Assembly (NCBI GenBank): GCA_032718475.1
Contig: JAUCBJ010008609.1
Span: forward strand, 1-49,850
Reading direction: 5' to 3'
Length of the DNA stretch: 49,850 nucleotides
From: Nemertoderma westbladi
Lineage: Eukaryota > Animalia > Xenacoelomorpha
Shown in pieces: positions 1 to 11,065 of this stretch. Every line of letters begins with the position of its first letter. Position 1 is the first letter of the stretch. Below the pieces are notes generated by a model. That model was given only the letters and a program-made list of their open reading frames with translations. It searched no databases and was not told the origin of the DNA. The position numbers and the translations under genes are program-made.

Positions 1-116
1 AACCATCGAGGGATGACGGACGGTTTTAGAGTAGAGATCGGTTATGAGTATCTGAGTTTCGGGTTGGGCTAAAGCGGCTTCTTCTCTCTCATCCATTTCC
101 GTATGCCTCTCCTCCA

Positions 117-168
117 AGTACTCTGCGTTGATACCACTGCTTAAGCAGTGGTATCAACGCAGAGTACT
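117..168. other. Back-to-back SMART/PacBio amplification adapter pair (library artefact)
   Basis: AGTACTCTGCGTTGATACCACTGCTT (117-142) is followed directly by its reverse complement AAGCAGTGGTATCAACGCAGAGTACT (143-168), the known SMART/ISPCR primer also used in ultra-low-input long-read amplification. Confidence 0.97.
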
Positions 169-308
169 CTCTCCTAGGGTTCGAACTCACGACCTTCTAA
201 TTAGAAAACTAAGCAAATGATCAGCTTGAAGGCCTTAGACCCTTAATCTGAGGCATCGAGCAGCCAATGAGACAGCAGATGCGAGTACAGTGGTAAAGCC
301 CATCCATG

Positions 309-1268
309 GTGAGGCATAGTCTATGCCTCAGTGAGGCATAGTCTATGCCTCAGTGAGTCATAGTCTATGCCTCAATGAGGCATAGTCTATGCCTCAGTGA
401 GGCATATTGTATGCCTCAGTGCCTCAGTGAGGCATAGTCTATGCCTCAGTGAGGCATAGTCTATGCCTCAGTGAGGCATAGTCTATGCCTCAGTGTCTCA
501 GTGAGGCATAGTCTATGCCTCAGTGAGGCATAGTCTATGCCTCAGTGAGGCATAGTCTATGCCTCAATGAGTCATAGTCTATGCCTCAGTACCCCAGTGA
601 GGCATAGTCTATGCCTCAGTGAGGCATAGTCTATGCCTCAGTGAGGCATAGTCTAGCCTCAGTGCCTCAGTGAGTCATAGTCTATGCCTCAGTGAGGCAT
701 AGTCTATGCCTCAGTGAGGCATAGTCTAGCCTCAGTGCCTCAGTGAGTCATAGTCTATGCCTCAGTGAGGCATATTCTATGCCCCAGTGCCTCAGTGAGG
801 CATAGTCTATCACTCAGTGGGGCATAGTCTATGCCTCAGTGAGGCATAGTCTATGCCTCAGTGCCTCAGTGAGTCATAGTCTATGCCTCAGTGAGGCATA
901 GTCTATGCCTCAGTGAGGCATAGTCTATGCCTCAGTGCCCCAGTGAGGCATAGTCTATGCCTCAGTGCCTCAGTGAGTCATAGTCTATGCCTCAGTGAGG
1001 CATAGTCTATGCCTCAGTGAGGCATATTCTATGCCTCAGTGCCTCAGTGAGGCATAGTCTATGCCTCAGTGAGTCATAGTCTATGCCTCAGTGCCCCAGT
1101 GAGACATAGTCTATGCCTCAGTGCCTCAGTGAGTCATAGTCTTTGCCTCAGTGAGGCATAGTCTATGCCTCAGTGCCCCAGTGAGGCATAGTCTATGCCT
1201 CAGTGCCTCAATGAGGCATAGTCTATGCCTCAGTGAGTCATAGTCTATGCCTCAGTGAGGCATAGTCT
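309..1268. repeat. 22-bp palindromic minisatellite (GTGAGGCATAGTCTATGCCTCA)n
   Basis: Direct tandem units, each TGAGGCATAG-T-CTATGCCTCA, with interspersed short partial units (GTGCCTCA/GTGCCCCA). Confidence 0.97.
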
Positions 1269-1337
1269 GTGTCAGGTCTTAAATGAGAGTCTTACAAATT
1301 CGAACGTCAACGAACAAATTCGATGGTTACTGTTCCA

Positions 1338-1410
1338 CTTTGGTGTAGTGGTTGCGTTGAATTCACATCTCCTGTATGTCATGGGTTCGAACCCTGCATG
1401 AACCAGGGCA
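1338..1410 (+). mobile_element. tRNA-derived SINE head
   Basis: A-box-like TGGTGTAGTGG (1341-1351) and B-box GGTTCGAACCC (about 1384-1394). A related copy lies in reverse at about 39510-39575. Confidence 0.6.
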
Positions 1411-1489
1411 GTTTTCGTTCGGTCAGCAATAGGGCCTAACGTTGCAAAATGCAGTATTATTGCCTAGTAACCAATTCATGGCTACCGTA

Positions 1490-1780
1490 TGGTTTTCACT
1501 TTGAGACATTTCGCCCTCTAGCGGCAGACTGGGGAACTTCATACTACTCTGTGACTCTGCAAAAGATATAGCCTATGCCGTAGTAGATGCCGATTGGGGG
1601 GTCAAATTAAGTAATAATATATCTAAATAAGTCTCAAACATCTTGCCTCATGGCTCGCCCCTTAGAACTCTTAAGCAATATAACTTCATAGTTTTGCGGA
1701 TTGTAAATAACAAAGCTAGAGAAAATGTTAATTTTAAATAATACGCCCTCTAGCGGTAGACTAGGGGAACTGCAGACGGT
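1490..1780 (-). mobile_element. Fragments of the repeat family at 5576-7500 (reverse orientation)
   Basis: TTTTCACTTTGAGACATTTCGCCCTCTAGCGGCAGACTGGGGAACT is the reverse complement of the unit end at about 6315-6360. The motif recurs at about 1745. Confidence 0.7.
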
Positions 1781-2172
1781 TGGATATAGGTAAGAGTAAT
1801 TAGTAATCAGAGCTGTCACGAGAGGGGGGGCGGGGCGCTTGGATACAACTATTATTAATAAGCTGTTGCTTGGTTAAAGCTAATTGGAGGTCAAAGGTCA
1901 ACGATAAAGCTGTCTGGATATAGATAAGAGTAATTAGTTACCAGTAAGGGAGCTGTATACCCTATGGCTAAGGATAACGAGATGAAAGTCAATGAGGTCA
2001 TTTAGAAACCAATATATAAAACTAATTATTGGTAAATCTAAAATTAAGTACAAATAAATAATTAATTTAGAATTAAATACGAATAAAATAAAATGCAAAT
2101 AATTAATTAAAATTAGGTACAAATAAATAAGTATTAATAAATAATAGAGCTGCGGTGTCACTTATGACACCC

Positions 2173-2477
2173 TCTTGCTCCTCTCTGCGATAGTTAGACA
2201 ACACTGATGCCCATTGTGTGTCAGGGCGCTAATCAGTCTGATTAATTAGGATAATCAATTAAACCCTAATTAGGAGTCATATGACACCTGTTAGGGTTTA
2301 ATTGTACTAATTAATTGATGACACCTGTCAATTAGGGTCTAATTAGCCTAATTGGGAGGTGTCACCCAGACAGTCTGGCGCCAATGACACCCAATGACAC
2401 CCATAGGGTGATAATTGGGTGTCATATGACACCCAATGGGTGTCAGTTGGGTCTAACTGTCGCAGAGAGGACCAAGA
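2173..2477. mobile_element. MITE-like inverted-repeat element
   Basis: About 43-bp imperfect TIRs (TCTTGCTCCTCTCTGCGATAGTTAGAC... / ...GTCTAACTGTCGCAGAGAGGACCAAGA) and internal TGACACC/GGTGTCA motifs. No clear TSD. Confidence 0.65.
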
Positions 2478-3490
2478 CCCTACTACTGGTGGGACTGAAG
2501 GGCTACACTGTTACGCCCACGGGTGAAAATAATTTGCTCAGATTTAAAGTGCTTATTGTTTGGGTTAGATTTAGCCCTTCTGTAACCAGGGATTTTGAAA
2601 CCTGGTATTCTTCACAGGAGGGTAAACTGCACTGCAAAGTGAAATATAACTGTATAAAGTCTGGAATATATGTACTTTACATGGGCTTATTACAGTAAAA
2701 TATATTCAATTAAATTATTCCTTCAAAACGGTTGAATAATCGTCCATCCACCAGGAAGCGCGAGTAATAATAAATGTCAGAATGTTAAACTTCGTGACAA
2801 ATTGATTTCATTTCGCAAATCGATAATAGAGGTGTTCTGTTTAATATTGATCCGAATCTATCAAGGTAACAATATATCTATATCACAAATATTATCAAAT
2901 TTGTCAATTTATCACATTTGAAACATAATCAGGTTGAACACCTCAACACATATCAGACAGCTTGATTGGTAAACGCAGTTGGCAAAACGCTACGACAACA
3001 CCAGGGCTTTAATCGGGAATTCTATGGAAATCTTTCTCACACCATCATTATGAAACTCCCCTATTAACCAAAGTAAATAGCGTCTTATGTAACATGATCT
3101 ATGACACGGAGACTATTTTTTGTTACAGGTTATTTATCTCTACGCCACGCCGCGCCGGTTAGTTAAATCGGTAAGTCGCCAGACTGCATTCTGTGAAGTA
3201 CTGGATTAGATCCCGGATCAGGCTGTCAGGTCTTTTTGTTTAAAGTTTAGAGGCAGTTTCGTTTACAGCCAGCTTTGGTGGGTTTTCAACAAAAATGAGT
3301 AGAGATTGACCAGCTGTATGTTAAATATAAAACATTACTTTCACTTTCAGAATCACGTACCGTATAGCATATACAGTAAGTCAATGCCGGTATACTGCTG
3401 CTATCTGAAATAGTGTCTGAAACGGTCAGTTTTTAGTTTTACAATGTTCAAGCATTGCATAGAAAGCCGTAACTGCAAAAAGCAGTTACG

Positions 3491-3660
3491 CATGACTTTT
3501 CTTGAGACGCATCTTAAAGGACCCCTGGCCTTGAAGATGCGGATGATCTAGCAAATGTCATGGGTGATAGGGAGTTGTGGCGGTGCAATTTTGTCGATAA
3601 GCCGGCACAGCATTGTTAAAAATGCAGCTGCAATGCTGCATGCCGATCCTAGTAGTAGTA
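3491..3660 (+). mobile_element. 5'-truncated copy of the RTE-like LINE 3' end with (TAG)n tail
   Basis: Reverse-complement match to about 37131-37290. Ends in TAGTAGTAGTA. Direct repeat TAGAAAGCCGT at 3460-3470 and 3659-3669 (TSD). Confidence 0.88.
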
Positions 3661-3686
3661 GAAAGCCGTTAATGGTTCAGGTTCCA

Positions 3687-4519
3687 CCGGTGTAACAGGA
3701 AAATATCCACCACCCCCCGGGCAAATTCTCGGAGGAAAAAATGCCACCCCTTTTGAAATTATGCTCCCACTGATTTACACTATTTTATTGAAGACTGTCT
3801 GACTCTGAGATTGTATGCACAACTGAACCCAGCCTATGAAAGAGACCTCATATTTACACCAACCATTACTTTGGGGACCGTTGTATGAAACACTTTATAC
3901 AATTTTTTTTTCATAAACATTTTTTTCATAAATAAGTACCACACGTCATAACCCGATTGAGGGAAAGGATCAGGTTACAGAAGCAGGCTTTTCGAACCAA
4001 AACAATAAACGGCCACTTTACCAATTGAGGGAAAGAAGCAGATTACATATGTAGGTGGGCTTTTCTAAGCAAAACAATAAACGATCATGTCAGCTAGTCA
4101 TTATAATAACCAAAACAATAAACGATAATTTCAGCTAGTCATTCTAATAACCAAAACAATAAGGCAGCCAAGCAATAGGTAGCGGTACGCAGCTGTAGAA
4201 TGACAATTAGAAAGGTTGAAATAACGGTCACCAAAGTAACAAGACTCCTGTTCAGCTATTCTACATTCCGTAACTCAGTACCTTTGTATCTACCATCCTT
4301 CCTACTACAGTAGGCCTAACCAGTTGGCAGATTGGAAAAGGCTACCCGTGCGGTATCGTACCAGTTTCTATTCTTTTGAGGGGGGAAAATTTTCCTGAGG
4401 GTGGGGGGCATGATTTACTAAGGAGAAAGTGCCCCCTAGGGCTAAATTTCCTAGGCAAAATAGCCCGGGGGGGGGGGGTATACAGTATTCTATGGGGGCA
4501 GATTTTCATGTGACACCGG
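3687..4519. mobile_element. Non-autonomous TIR DNA transposon
   Basis: Termini CCGGTGTAACAGGAAAATAT / AGATTTTCATGTGACACCGG are inverted repeats, with G/C-run subterminal repeats. CA flanks both ends (possible 2-bp TSD). Confidence 0.7.
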
Positions 4520-5575
4520 CAAACAATAAACAAACATAAACTACTGTCATTGGTGTCCGTCTGCCTGTCTGCACCAGGCAATTTTCTGTTCCATATCTTT
4601 CTCCACACACGCGTTGGAAGATTAGTTGAGCTGTTTGATGGCCCACCGCTTATAAATCTACACAAAAATGATGTTAGCAGTAACAATGAATGTCGCTAGA
4701 TATCCAGATATTTCCTTGTTGCACGAATTCCATGAGATTTCTACGTATAACTGTAGAGGCCTATAGCAGCCGGTTATACTGTACAGTATAAATTGTGGCC
4801 TAATCTACCGACCAATGATGTTTCATTAGTATTGTTACTGCGTAATTCACTTCCTGACAAGCCGCGATTGAACAGCCTACACATATACTGTTAAGGACCG
4901 CAGGTGTCTAATTCTGGGGATTATTTTTCATATTTCATTTGTAATCCTCGCTGGAAACCGACAGCTATTGCATTAAATTGGTGATTTCCTTTATTTGAAA
5001 GTACATGGTCGGTCATTGGCAGTAAGCGAAAATTTGAGGAAATAATCTACGCAAGCCTTGAGACCTAAATGCGTTTATAGCGTTCAACGCCCGGTGACGA
5101 GCTTCAGGTACCGGGGACACTTTTCACCCAGAAAATTGCCTCCCGGGAAAATGGCCCCGGACTTCCCAGTGCATGTAAGCATATAGGCCTACGCAGTGGC
5201 GGATTTAGGGGGGGGGGGGGGATTTTATTGGGTCATGTCCCCCGCCTTATAACAAGGGCGCAGTCAAGGCACAGGGAGACACGTCCCCCCTGTCCGACTT
5301 TAGAGGAGAGGTAGAGGGAACGCTATATCGTATGTCCACAGCATTTTTAAAAATTTATCAATCCAAATTTAACTACAAACAATAAATAATTTAACTGACT
5401 TATTTTATTGGTATACACGATAAGGCCTACAAAACAAATTTTCTCTGTTGAGGTAATATAAAACTCCAGAGTACAGTTTAAAGTCTCCCAAACTAGGCCG
5501 GGAATCCAAATCCAGTCAATATCAACCACATCCTTTATTTAGGCTCTTCTGGTGAGATTACTAGGAAGTCCCATT

Positions 5576-5652
5576 GTGGGGCGAGCCACGAAGTTGGCGG
5601 AGCCTTAGCGAATTGACACTGTTAGGGGGTGGGTCAATTTATGCAAATAGTT

Positions 5653-5691
<39 letters not shown>

Positions 5692-7503
5692 GTCGTCGTC
5701 CCCCGTCGTCGTCGTCGTTACGATTTTGACATGCTAATAACTTTGTCGGATTTAAAGCTGCCAAGTTGAAAATTTGTAGGTATCAATATGAGCAAAAGTT
5801 GAGATTTTTGAGAGACTTTCAGACACCATCAGTGCAATGGTCTCCCGCTAGAGGGCCACATGTCTAAACATTAAATGCCCTCCCATTTCTTTGCTTTTAA
5901 TCCGTTTAAGCTGAAACTTGGCAGATATGTATTAGACCATTAGCTGTGACTTTCAAAGGAGGCGAATCCATCTGCAGTTCTCCAGTCTGCCGCTAGAGGG
6001 CCAAAGGTCTGAAAGTGAAATCGTTGTCGTCGTTACGATTTTGACATGCTAATAACTTTGTCGGATTTAAAGCTGCCAAGTTGAAAATTTGTAGGTATCA
6101 ATATGAGCTAAAGTTGAGACGTTTGAGAGACTTTCAGACACCATCAGAGCAATAGTCTCCTGCTAGAGGGCCACATGTCTAAACGTTAAATGTCCTCCCA
6201 TTTCTTTGCTTTTAATCCATTTATGCTGAAATTTGGCAGATATGTACTAGACCATTAGCTGTGACTTTGAAAGAAGGAATTGAATTGAATTGAATTGAAG
6301 GCTAATCCGTGTGCAGTTCTTCAGTCTGCCGCTAGAGGGCGAAATGTTTGAAAGTGAAATCTTTCTCCCATCTCGTTATTTATGATCCGTTCAAGCTGAA
6401 ACGTAGCAGATATGTAGTAGAAGTCGGCCTGAGTCTTTGGTGGGCAGTAAACGGTCTGGAGTCCTCCAGTCTGCCGCTAGAGGGCGAAATGTATAACTGT
6501 CCCCAATTCCTTGATATTAATTTAATTAAAGTGAATATTGGCATATGTACTAGAGCACATGCTGCGTCTTTCTGAGGAAGGTGGTCGATCTGCATTTCTC
6601 CAGTCTGCCGCTAGACGTAAGCGGAAATTCAAGACGCTGGTCACACTACTAAACGCATTATTTCAACATTCTCAAATATACGCTCCATAAATATTTCACG
6701 TTACTATTTTATTGATAATCAAGATATAAACCTAGCGGAATTGGGGTGTAAACGTTAAGCAGACACCTGGTGCAGACACCTGGTGCAGACACCTGGTGCA
6801 GACAACTGGTGCAGACACCTGGTGCAGACACCTGGTGCAGACACCTGGTGCAGACACCTGGTGCAGACACCTGGTGGGTGCAGACACCTGGTGCAGACAC
6901 CTGGTGCAGACACCTGGTGCAGACACCTGGTGCAGACACCTGGTGCAGACACCTGGTGCAGACACCTGGTGCAGACACCTGGTGCAGACACCTGGTGCAG
7001 ACACCTGGTGCAGACACCTGGTGCAGACACCTGGTGCAGACAGTTAGGCAGACCGGTACTGAAATGAATTACACAATAGCCTACATTCGCAGAAAAGCCT
7101 TTCTAGAATTATCACTTATGACTACTTATTTGCGTGCATTTTTCACTGGGATTGGCTGCGTGCGTGTCTAGCGTCGTCTCTTTGATTACGTTGAACCTAT
7201 ACGACGAAATTTCTGAAAGTGAGATCCGTCTCTCATTTCGTTATCCGTTATTCAAGATGAAACTTGGCCGATGTACGTATGTACTATTCATCCATAGGCT
7301 GTGTCTTTGTGGGGCTGGAGACCCTAATCCATCTTCAGTTCTCACTATACCGCTAGAGTCAGAAATGTCTGAATAGAAATGAAAGAGGTAAAAAGTGATT
7401 AGGCGAAATCTGCTTAAAATTTGCTAATACAGTAATACTTTCGAATTAGTACTTAAATTAAATTTAAGTCACGTGCTGCGCGAAGGCCCCACTTCGTGTT
7501 TGT
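5576..7503 (+). mobile_element. Helentron-associated (HINE/DINE-1-like) non-autonomous element
   Basis: Head TGTGGGGCGAGCCACGAAG, then a (GTC)n microsatellite (about 5653-5718), an about 315-bp internal tandem duplication (about 5710-6020 vs 6024-6350) and a tail ...GCGCGAAGGCCCCACTTCGTG carrying a sub-terminal inverted GCCCCAC. Superfamily is inferred from architecture. Confidence 0.55.
6759..7042. repeat. 13-bp minisatellite (GCAGACACCTGGT)n, about 22 copies
   Basis: Near-perfect tandem units. It explains six overlapping repetitive ORFs. Confidence 0.97.
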
Positions 7504-8289
7504 AGGGCCTACAAGCTACACAAAACAGTTTACATTAGTACAAATAATGGTCATTAGCGGTGCGGTGTTGCCGTCGAAGCAGAGCGATAATAATTTATCG
7601 TAATTATAATATTATATCTTATAAGCTTGAATAAATAATGTATTATAATTTTAATTAATATATTTGTGTCAAATATATTTAATATATTAATCAAATAGTT
7701 GTGGCAAGTTTTATACAATATGCGCTTTGATTAAGTTGAAAAATTGAGCAGGCAATTTGAAAAAATTTCAACCCCCCCCCCCCCCCCCCCCCCCCCTCGT
7801 CAGTCGGATCGTTTTAAATTAATTTAATAAGCTTTACAAAACTTTGCAACATTACTGTTGACTGTATTGTGGAAAGCGGTGAATGTGTGGAACAATGTAA
7901 CTAATTCATTGTTACATTAATACCCAATGTAAACAGTATATAATCAGATGCTAAATCAACTGGAAGTGATGCATCATAGGCTAATTGCTTCAATTTGATA
8001 CAGATCTGTACTGTGCATGTTAACAAAACAAAGAATTACAATAATACTGATATATATTTGTTTAATCTATATCACTTAATATAATCGTAACTCATAAACC
8101 GACTTAACGGCTTACATCGTTATTATAATATAGTAAGCAATATTTAAATTAATAATAAACAAAAATTAACAAAATAATTAAGTCTGGGCTGTAAGTCTAG
8201 TGTAAGTACCTAATCTGAAAAATTTATAAAAAAAGTACTGTACTTAGATTGCTCTGTGGATGGGTCCCTAGTAGGTGTCCGAATGGCCG

Positions 8290-8960
8290 GGGAGGCTCAC
8301 CTCACTGGATCCCATCCACAAAGGGAGGGAAAACTGGGCTTCTGCGGAGCCACATTGCGGCTTTCCCACGCCACAAGGACACAGTCAGGCGTTGAAATAA
8401 GTGCTTGAAAGGTCGGACACGGGAATGCCACGGCGCAAGCTCTGCAGACGCGGGATTTCCTGAAGAAGTGGGAATCCCATCCCCCTAGAGCCTCTACCAC
8501 AAGGGGTGTGAATCCCGCGCACCTGAGTTGCGACCCTCCTACAAGTGGGCTTCAAGTTTTCGCTCCCGGGCAATGGAGAGGGCATGTCCTGTCCAGGTGT
8601 GGTGGCGGCTTGTGAGATGGTTCGCGTTTGGAGCGGGGAGATAACGGTGACGTCCAGGGCCATGGGTGGACCCCTCTTCCATTTTGGGAGGTACACAACA
8701 GCAGTGCGACTACGTGAGCCAGGAATCAGGCCGGGGACTTCACCACTGGCTCCCAACCAACAGCTCTAGCACCCAGGACCCCTGGGCGCTAGAGCTGCTG
8801 ATTGGGCTGCTGGGGAGCGCTCAGCATTCCTGCTAGCATTCCGGAGCGGGTCATGGCGGGTGATCCTGTCTCCCTCGACACCACAACCAACGTGGTTGTC
8901 CCCAAATGGGTCTGCAGGGGTGGATCAGGTTGGGCAGGGTGAAGGTCCTGAAGTCATGCG
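8290..8960 (-). pseudogene. Decayed C-terminus of a CRE/R2-type non-LTR retrotransposon (zinc knuckle + restriction-like endonuclease)
   Basis: Frameshifted minus-strand peptides HVGCGVEGDRITRHDPLRN, VYLPKWKRGPPMALDVTVISPLQ and PLVVEALGGWD resemble the RHD / D..DVTV / PLVVE-GG motifs of REL-clade elements. Confidence 0.75.
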
Positions 8961-9884
8961 GACGCTAAGCCAATACTCCAAGGAGACTAAGGATAGCCTG
9001 ATTTTCTTGTCTAGGAAATGTAGGCCAAAACAACAGTACAACCACACCAAGTACAGTAAGTTTTATATTTTTCTACTTCATCTCAGTTAAATCCACTATA
9101 TTACGTAAACCGGCATACCCAAGTTAAATGAGTTATTTCTATCAACGGCTTAGAGGAGCTTGGAAAACAAAACTATATGATATCCTTACTTATCGAAAAA
9201 TACTTACGGCAGAGTAGTTACTTACTACGTGAGCCAGCGATCAGGGAGAGCCCAGATTGGAAAAATGTCAAACCAGCAACTTTAATTTACTCCGAAACAG
9301 GAATAGAATACTCCCTATGCTTATACTATAACTATTTTATTCATATAGTCCCCTACTGAATGAGTATATCTGTATTGGCTGGCACAGCATGCAATGCATC
9401 ATATCCTATGTATCTTTAACTACCCCCAATACTAGGTAGAGAAGGATAACAGTCAGTCCTTTGAAGATAATTAGGAATTCCCAAAAGGAATCTATTTCTT
9501 ATCAGGTAGCTGAACCGTGGTTATTTCAACCTCTGTCTTCCAAGCCAACTCTCTGTCCCTCGATGTAGTATATCCAACCCACCCACTCCTTCCCATATCA
9601 CTGGCAGATGCTGAGTAATTCCATAGTTTCCCGCTTTGCTATTGGCTGATTCCATAACAAAGTTTCTTTCCTGTATTGGAAGAAATATCCACGGGGAAGT
9701 TCTCTATATCCTTTGGAAGCTTCTCTGCGTGAACAGTAGTAGCTCAATGTCATACATGATCCTGTGATTTTATTTTAAATTTAAATTTCTATTGACAACA
9801 TGAGATTTTACAATTATTATTAGGTTTAAGTTAGTGTTCGATTTCAATAAACATCGATTTATTGCAGAAAAAGCAACTACAAAC

Positions 9885-11065
9885 ATGCCGAACTTAGCAT
9901 TTCTTCATCAAACTTTTAGTCAAACGTTGCAAAAGACGGATTCTTGGCAGTCTAGAAAATCATCTCAGCAGGAAAACCTTTTGGAAATTAAATCGCGGGA
10001 AAATAATATTATAAAGATTCAAAAAAATGTGTGCAACAACTCCAACGATTGTAGATTCAACTCCAAAAACAAAAATAGCAATAGCAAAATCCCTCGATTT
10101 ATCAATGACACAAATGTAAATAAGGATATCAAATCCTTTAATGATAAACTGGGAAGTCTGACCATTACAAGTTCTTATAAAAAACAATCTAAAGAAAATT
10201 TAGTGCTGAGGAAAGATATAATGGAGTTAGTGTTCGAATATCTACCGAATGTTAACGATAAACTTGCCATAACGTTAACCTGCAAAAATTGGAAAGAAAC
10301 TTTATATCAGCCGAAATTTTGGAAAAACATAATTCCTCGTCTTGAAAGGAGGGATATGTTCACTAACAGTGGAAACGATTCTACGGCATGTTGCATCGAT
10401 TTAACAAGTCTAGCGAGTAGAGGATTCAAGGAGGTTATCGTATCCGGTGTTTCCGACTTAGAACTCTGTGAGTTCATAGACAATTTCAGCGGTTCGAAAA
10501 GGCAACTTCAGTCGATATCATTGGACAACTCGAACATTACCGATACCGGACTGGAAGTAATGATGGAACATTTAGTGAATATTAGCCGCTTACAGCTCAC
10601 TAGTTGCAACAACATCACGGAACGAGGGCTCTGGAACAGTTTAAGTCCACGAATAACGCATCTCGATATTTCCGACTGTATATGCGTTGGTGACGACACA
10701 GTAGCCGCAATTAGCCAACAAACTCCATGCATCTCGCAACTTAAACTACAGGCCTACCATCTTACAGACAAGTCTCTCGGGTTGTTCTCATTGAAACAGA
10801 GTCGAGCTTTGACCACGGTCGAACTGCGTTGCTGTTGGGAGGTCACAGACGCTGGGGTCAGTAACCTGTGTCGTGCTCTCCCCAATCTAGTCTCCCTCAG
10901 TCTGTCTGGCTGCTCCAGGGTCACTGATGCGGGGGTGGCAGTGATTTCAGACTGTCTCGACAAGCTGAAGGACCTTGATCTGAGTTGGTGTCCCGGTATA
11001 ACCGACGACGGTATACAGAAGATTGCTACAGAGCTACCGAAACTTGAGTATTTGAATCTCGACAG
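9885..11065 (+). CDS. FBXL16: F-box/leucine-rich repeat protein 16, large coding exon (F-box + LRRs)
   Basis: F-box-like IMELVFEYLP...TCKNWKETLYQPKFW and LRRs (SNITDTGLEVMM, DLSWCPGITD). Ends LNLDR at the donor AG|GTGAG (intron starts 11066). The frame is open from 9804, so the true start may be upstream. Confidence 0.9.

Noticed and set aside
117-168. Palindrome as a biological hairpin or regulatory element
   Set aside because: It is an exact match to a synthetic library primer.
2240-2360. TTAGGG/CCCTAA telomere-like words
   Set aside because: They are scattered single occurrences inside a MITE, not a tandem tract.
3148-3225. tRNA-like sequence (possible Cys anticodon arm CAGACTGCATTCTG)
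   Set aside because: The T-arm lacks GTTC and the acceptor stem pairs poorly. At most it is a decayed SINE or tRNA pseudogene.
5195-5250. hAT-like terminus CAGTGGCGGATTTAGGGG
   Set aside because: No matching opposite end or TSD was found in the window.
9960-10963. Minus-strand ORFs overlapping FBXL16, and antisense ORFs over the LINEs
   Set aside because: They are antisense shadows of real coding frames.
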